Part shown: in pieces, positions 59,889 to 64,000 of the stretch | How positions within the stretch are numbered: position 1 is the stretch's first letter | How the letters are laid out: each line of letters starts with the position of its first letter | IMG/VR virus record: IMGVR_UViG_3300045988_063800 | Coordinates: 1 to 64,000 of that record | Direction: 5' to 3' (one strand) | Length of the DNA stretch: 64,000 nt | Origin: a virus | Translations under genes and position numbers: made by a program | The notes under the pieces: generated by a model | The model's input: the letters and a program-made list of their open reading frames with translations, nothing else | Database searches by the model: none | Told to the model about the DNA's origin: nothing

Positions 59889-61601
59889 TTAATGTTTACT
59901 GTTCCAGTCAGCCCAATTTTGTTCAGAGCCATCTTTTCTGTTACCCCAACGATCCGTATCTACGGTTCTGGGCCTACCTTTTTTGCCACGACCTGTATTA
60001 ACATCGCTTCCCGACTGCTGATTGTTAATTTTTGCAAGCGCTTCCTCCTGCTCGATGTTGTTCTCGACCTGCGCCTCCTGACGTTGGATGTCGATGAGCA
60101 AGTCCTGCTGGTCTTCCTCTTTCTGCTCGCGCATGATACGAGTAAACTCGTCGTTCTTCGAGAACTTGGAATTGCGCTCAGAAGCAGTCTGCTTCGAGAG
60201 GAATTTGTTCTGAACCGCAGTGGCCAGGTTAGTGATAAGCTCAGTGTCGTTCTGATGGATATAGCTCTCAATCCACGCATTAACTGGCAGTGCGACCATT
60301 GAGGCCATGCAGTTGTTCTCCGTTCCGATACCAAACTTAGTTATACGCACCAACTGGTCGAGGAACGGCTGCAATCTCTGCGCGTCGTTCATGGCAGCTT
60401 CGAGGGCTGGAGAATACAGCAGCTTGATTGCAACGCCCGGCAGGTCTCCCGATTTGAGTTCGGGTGGCTTTACGGTAAACGAAAGCTCGTAGATGAGGTC
60501 ATAAGACTTGTTGAGCTGTGTAGCGAAGGCGTTTGACGCGTCCGTGCCGTTGAGGAACTCCGCCCTGCCGTCCGTGTCGGTAATCATGATCGTCTTAGCA
60601 GCGCCGTTGGTATCGCCCTTTATCTCTATCTCATCCCCCTCGCCGGTAAGCGTGAGTATCGGGAAGGCGTACGCCTTGTTGTTCTCGCAGAGATACGAGA
60701 ACGCCTCCTCATAATCCTCGATATTGCGCTGTACGGCAGACCAGCAAGGGCCGTCCTCGTTACGGGCGTATGCTACAGGTATGAACGGGAAGCCGTGTCG
60801 TTTCTCCTCGACGCAGGCATATTCGGACGCGCCGAAGATTGACGCAATCTTTCTGACTACGTTTTTCGCTGTGCCTCCCGACAAATCTTTCTTCAATCGG
60901 TAGAACTTATCCTTATCCCATGCTTCAATCCACTCGATGCGCTCCTCCCCTTCTTCGTCGTAGTCCACATACTTGCGTGCAAACGCAATCAGTTCGCCGG
61001 TAAGTGGGTCGTATCTCGGAAACAGCGTGTCGCCACGGTCGAACGAGAGCGTTCTTGTTCCGAATTTGCCGTCGCCGTCGAAATAGCCTACAATGGCACA
61101 GTCTGCAACCTTCATGTATGCGGATACCGCCTCGAAGAAGCGTATCTCCATATCGTGCATGAGCCAGCCCTTCCTGTATTTCGTGAGCAGCTCTTGTAGT
61201 TTCTCTTCGCCACCTTCTTCGGTTCCCTCCGCAAGCTCGAACTGAATGTCATTACCAGTCACATGAAGAACGTGCTTGGTCCAAATCACCTGCTGGAAGG
61301 CAAACGCGGTGCGCTGAATTTTCTGCACGCACCAACGTCCAGTCTCGGGGTTCTTCTTCCAGATGTCGGAATATTGCTGCGGGTCGCAAATCCTGTGTCC
61401 TGACGGATAGAACTCGCGCAAGAAGTCCTGCTGTGTTTTGATGTTGCGATACAGCACATCCGCAGGCATACAAGGGTCTTCGTTCTCGGAAAACTCACGG
61501 TCGATAATCCCGTGCTTCATATAACCCTTCGGGGTCACTTCGTAAAACGGCTTTCGGACGAGCAGCTCCCGCACGTCCTTTACATTGTTCAAAGCATCCA
61601 T
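59889..61601 (-). CDS. portal protein
   Basis: 570 aa, located between the large terminase and the Mu-F-like gene, with a basic/acidic C-tail. The call rests mainly on synteny and size. Confidence 0.7.
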   Translation of the reverse strand: MDALNNVKDVRELLVRKPFYEVTPKGYMKHGIIDREFSENEDPCMPADVLYRNIKTQQDFLREFYPSGHRICDPQQYSDIWKKNPETGRWCVQKIQRTAFAFQQVIWTKHVLHVTGNDIQFELAEGTEEGGEEKLQELLTKYRKGWLMHDMEIRFFEAVSAYMKVADCAIVGYFDGDGKFGTRTLSFDRGDTLFPRYDPLTGELIAFARKYVDYDEEGEERIEWIEAWDKDKFYRLKKDLSGGTAKNVVRKIASIFGASEYACVEEKRHGFPFIPVAYARNEDGPCWSAVQRNIEDYEEAFSYLCENNKAYAFPILTLTGEGDEIEIKGDTNGAAKTIMITDTDGRAEFLNGTDASNAFATQLNKSYDLIYELSFTVKPPELKSGDLPGVAIKLLYSPALEAAMNDAQRLQPFLDQLVRITKFGIGTENNCMASMVALPVNAWIESYIHQNDTELITNLATAVQNKFLSKQTASERNSKFSKNDEFTRIMREQKEEDQQDLLIDIQRQEAQVENNIEQEEALAKINNQQSGSDVNTGRGKKGRPRTVDTDRWGNRKDGSEQNWADWNSKH

Positions 61602-63877
61602 AGTCCTTTTATCTTTTTGTGTTTCTTTTTAGTTAAGCTGAAAATCATTATGTACAGCCATGACTCGAAGAAGTCGGGCGAGTGTCCTACATAGCGTTTA
61701 GCCATCTTCTTAGGCAGCAGCTTGAAGCCCCTGTCGTCGCTGTTGTCGTCGCGGCGCAGCATCTTTCTCTCCTTCTGTAAAATCTGACGCAGCGGCACCT
61801 TGTCAAATCCGTCTCCCGAATACTTGCGCTCAAGCAGCGAAGACTCTATCGAGATTCGTTTTTCCTTTATCATCTTGTAGAACAGGAAGGCGCATTGTGA
61901 TTTAAGGTCTTTGTACAGGAACTTGATGCCCTTTTCTTCCTGGTGTGTCATAGCGACAGGTGCTGCCTGGTTGTTGAACGGTACGGCATCGGCAAAGAAA
62001 CCTTTGAAATACTGACCGATACCCTGCAAGTCGTAAGTGAAGTTGCACTCCTCCACTCCCCATTCACGCAGCTTCGCCTGCACCGCAGACACGAGCGTTT
62101 GAGAGTCGAGTCGCATTACTACAAGGTCTTTGCAGTGCCATCCCTCCCACAGCCACATCACAAAGTTGTCGCCGCCGGTGAAGGCAATGTCGGCGGATGC
62201 GCGCCGCACCCCATCTCCCACCTGTACGGCATTATCGAATATCTCTTCGAGGTCTGCCATTTTTATCATATCGTCGCCCGCGGACTTCCAGTTCCAGTTA
62301 GCTTCGAGGTCGCGCATACGTTGCTCCTCGTCCTGCTGTGCAAGGTTGGCGAGATATGACGCGTCGGTAGAGATAAGTTTGATGTTTTCCGATACGTCGG
62401 CACGAATGAACGTGGCGGATTTGATGAACATATCGAGCTTGGTATATCCGAGTTCAGCATAGCTTTCTTTCCACAGCTTATCTATGATACCTCCGCATTG
62501 TTCGTAAACCTCCTCTCGCGTATCTCCCCAATAGATTGAGTCGGGAGTATCTCCATCCATGAAGCAGTAGCGTATGACTCCGTCACGCTCGGGGATAATG
62601 TATCCGTCCTCGTCTACCCACCAGTCTATGAATTTGCGCACCCACGACTCAGGATCAGGGTTGCACGTTATCCAGAAGCGGTTGCGGATTTGCGAGGCGT
62701 TACGGTTGTTGGTAAGCAGATACTTGAACTTCTTGTACGGACACTGGGTTCCCTCGTCGATGCACACGTATGCGAACTGACGGCCCTGAAAGCGGGTCTT
62801 GAAGTCCTGGTACGAGCCTGCGTAGTATGAGAATTTTAGCCAGCCTCCGTTGGTGAAGTTCCATGTCATATCATTCTGCGACTTGTTGTATGTGCCGAAC
62901 TGCGAGAAGAGCTTGTACGAGTCCGTTACAAGCGATTGAAGGTCATCCTTCTCGTTACGCAGAATTGTTGCATGGAAGTCAGGGTTCTTGATGTCCTTTA
63001 ACACCTCCATGAGAGAAGAGAAAGATTTGGAGTTATGAGTGACTATGAAGTCTTCGACTACAAACAGTGCATCCGGGTTGTCTACGGCAATGCAACAACA
63101 ATTCCTCTTTCCGATTTTCTTGCAGCTTACGATACGTCTTACAAGTTCCTTTTTCTTGTAATTGAACCTTACCAACCATTTCTTTTTCGCTGTTTTTCGC
63201 ACATAACACACCGAACCTAAACTATCAACCAAATACTTAAAGTCGGTAGCCTGCTTGGAAGTGCGGATTTTTTTGCACCAATACTCGCCGCTCTTTCTTC
63301 CCGTATTACTGATAAGTCTTTCGAGTGTAGACATTCTTTCACTGATAGAAGCGAGTCCGTAGCTTTCATCAAATTCCACTGGCTTGACGCACGGAATGGT
63401 TATGTCGTATCCGTCGGCGATATATTTCTCAATCTCGCAAGCGAGATGAGGCATACACCGTCTGCTTCCGTCAATGTAAACGTTCCAAATATGGTCGTCA
63501 GAGCAAGTTATCTTCGCTCCGTCGGATAGTGTAATCTCGTAACAATCTCTTTTCGGATAAGCGAGGAGTCCCAAAACACGATGTCCTTTCCCGTCCGAAC
63601 CGATTACGGTATCCCCATATTTCAGCTCCTTGATTTTAACGAAACCCCTGGACGTTAAAACCATCGTATTCTCATCGAGCGGGCCTCCTCGCGAGCCTCC
63701 GACTATCTTAATATCAGCATCAATGGCAAGCATACGCTCCTGTCCGCCACGTTGAGCGATAATCTTCAACCTGTCGGGATGCTTCTTGTCTTTATCTCTT
63801 AGTGATTGAATATACTCTTGAGTGTAAACAGGCTCTCCGTTATCCAATTTCAACCCTGAAAAACAACTTTTCTGCAT
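61589..63877 (-). CDS. terL: terminase large subunit, interrupted by an intein
   Basis: 762 aa. The N-extein ends in IVGGSRGG. After the insert come SKSFSSL (deviant Walker A when joined) and the Walker B-like FAYVCIDEGTQ. A nuclease-half-sized C-terminal part follows. Confidence 0.85.
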   Translation of the reverse strand: MQKSCFSGLKLDNGEPVYTQEYIQSLRDKDKKHPDRLKIIAQRGGQERMLAIDADIKIVGGSRGGPLDENTMVLTSRGFVKIKELKYGDTVIGSDGKGHRVLGLLAYPKRDCYEITLSDGAKITCSDDHIWNVYIDGSRRCMPHLACEIEKYIADGYDITIPCVKPVEFDESYGLASISERMSTLERLISNTGRKSGEYWCKKIRTSKQATDFKYLVDSLGSVCYVRKTAKKKWLVRFNYKKKELVRRIVSCKKIGKRNCCCIAVDNPDALFVVEDFIVTHNSKSFSSLMEVLKDIKNPDFHATILRNEKDDLQSLVTDSYKLFSQFGTYNKSQNDMTWNFTNGGWLKFSYYAGSYQDFKTRFQGRQFAYVCIDEGTQCPYKKFKYLLTNNRNASQIRNRFWITCNPDPESWVRKFIDWWVDEDGYIIPERDGVIRYCFMDGDTPDSIYWGDTREEVYEQCGGIIDKLWKESYAELGYTKLDMFIKSATFIRADVSENIKLISTDASYLANLAQQDEEQRMRDLEANWNWKSAGDDMIKMADLEEIFDNAVQVGDGVRRASADIAFTGGDNFVMWLWEGWHCKDLVVMRLDSQTLVSAVQAKLREWGVEECNFTYDLQGIGQYFKGFFADAVPFNNQAAPVAMTHQEEKGIKFLYKDLKSQCAFLFYKMIKEKRISIESSLLERKYSGDGFDKVPLRQILQKERKMLRRDDNSDDRGFKLLPKKMAKRYVGHSPDFFESWLYIMIFSLTKKKHKKIKGLWML
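63032..63682 (-). mobile_element. intein (217 aa, residues 66-282 of TerL), class-3 WCT type
   Basis: Block A is PLDENTMVLT. Block B is ITCSDDHIW, with Trp at B:12. Block F is CCCIAVD, with Cys at F:4. Block G is FIVTHN|S, with Thr at G:5. Residue 1 is Pro (CCG), not Cys/Ser. Confidence 0.7.
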
Positions 63878-64000
63878 ATATATACAAAATATTTATGCAA
63901 ATATATCGAAAATATTTGGTTAATTGTATATTTATTCATATTTTTGCGAAAGAAAAACGTATATTTATACATTAATGGTAGAAGAACTACCGAAAACCAA

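Overview
The window reads as most of a temperate tailed-phage or prophage genome of Bacteroidota type. It is gene-dense, with no rRNA and no CRISPR array. All calls were made by eye from motifs and synteny, with no database search, so the DUF and family names need HMM confirmation.

Layout:
(1) 1-6.7 kb (+): the 3' end of a BspA-type LRR tail-fibre-like gene, a DUF4376-like gene, membrane proteins, and a DUF5675-like hydrolase plus holin.
(2) 6.8-24.4 kb (-): an early/replication-recombination block. It holds an RlmN/Cfr-like radical-SAM gene plus DUF4406-like gene, YopX, a free-standing HNH/NUMOD4 endonuclease, an ASCH-like gene, RtcB RNA ligase, a 428-aa protein built from about 25 tandem 27-bp repeats, a DUF3127 SSB-like gene, YqaJ exonuclease, RecT and DUF4494.
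(3) 24.4-28.3 kb: the lysogeny region. It has a 1.1-kb untranslated stretch containing a tRNA-like element without an anticodon arm, two small HTH genes divergent from an XRE/cI-like repressor, an attP-like core (the 3' part of a tRNA-Gly-like sequence flanked by AGTCCCACA repeats), and a tyrosine integrase.
(4) 28.3-47.5 kb (-): about 35 mostly tiny ORFs. Nearly all are separated by one conserved junction cassette (stop box, hairpin, ATTAACCAAA box, AGAATT-ATG). The block also contains a second tyrosine recombinase, two lipoprotein-like morons, and an unclassified reverse transcriptase bracketed by ORF-free, GC-rich, hairpin-rich segments.
(5) 47.5-48.6 kb: an AT-rich divergent control region.
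(6) 48.6-58.5 kb (+): a DUF1599-like gene, an NPPY DNA methyltransferase, dUTPase, a RuvC-like resolvase and a P4/D5-type primase-helicase.
(7) 58.6-63.9 kb (-): a Mu-F-like head protein, the portal, and a large terminase interrupted in its P-loop by a class-3 (WCT) intein.

The most interesting items are the RT with its structured non-coding flanks, the repeated junction-cassette architecture, and the class-3 intein.
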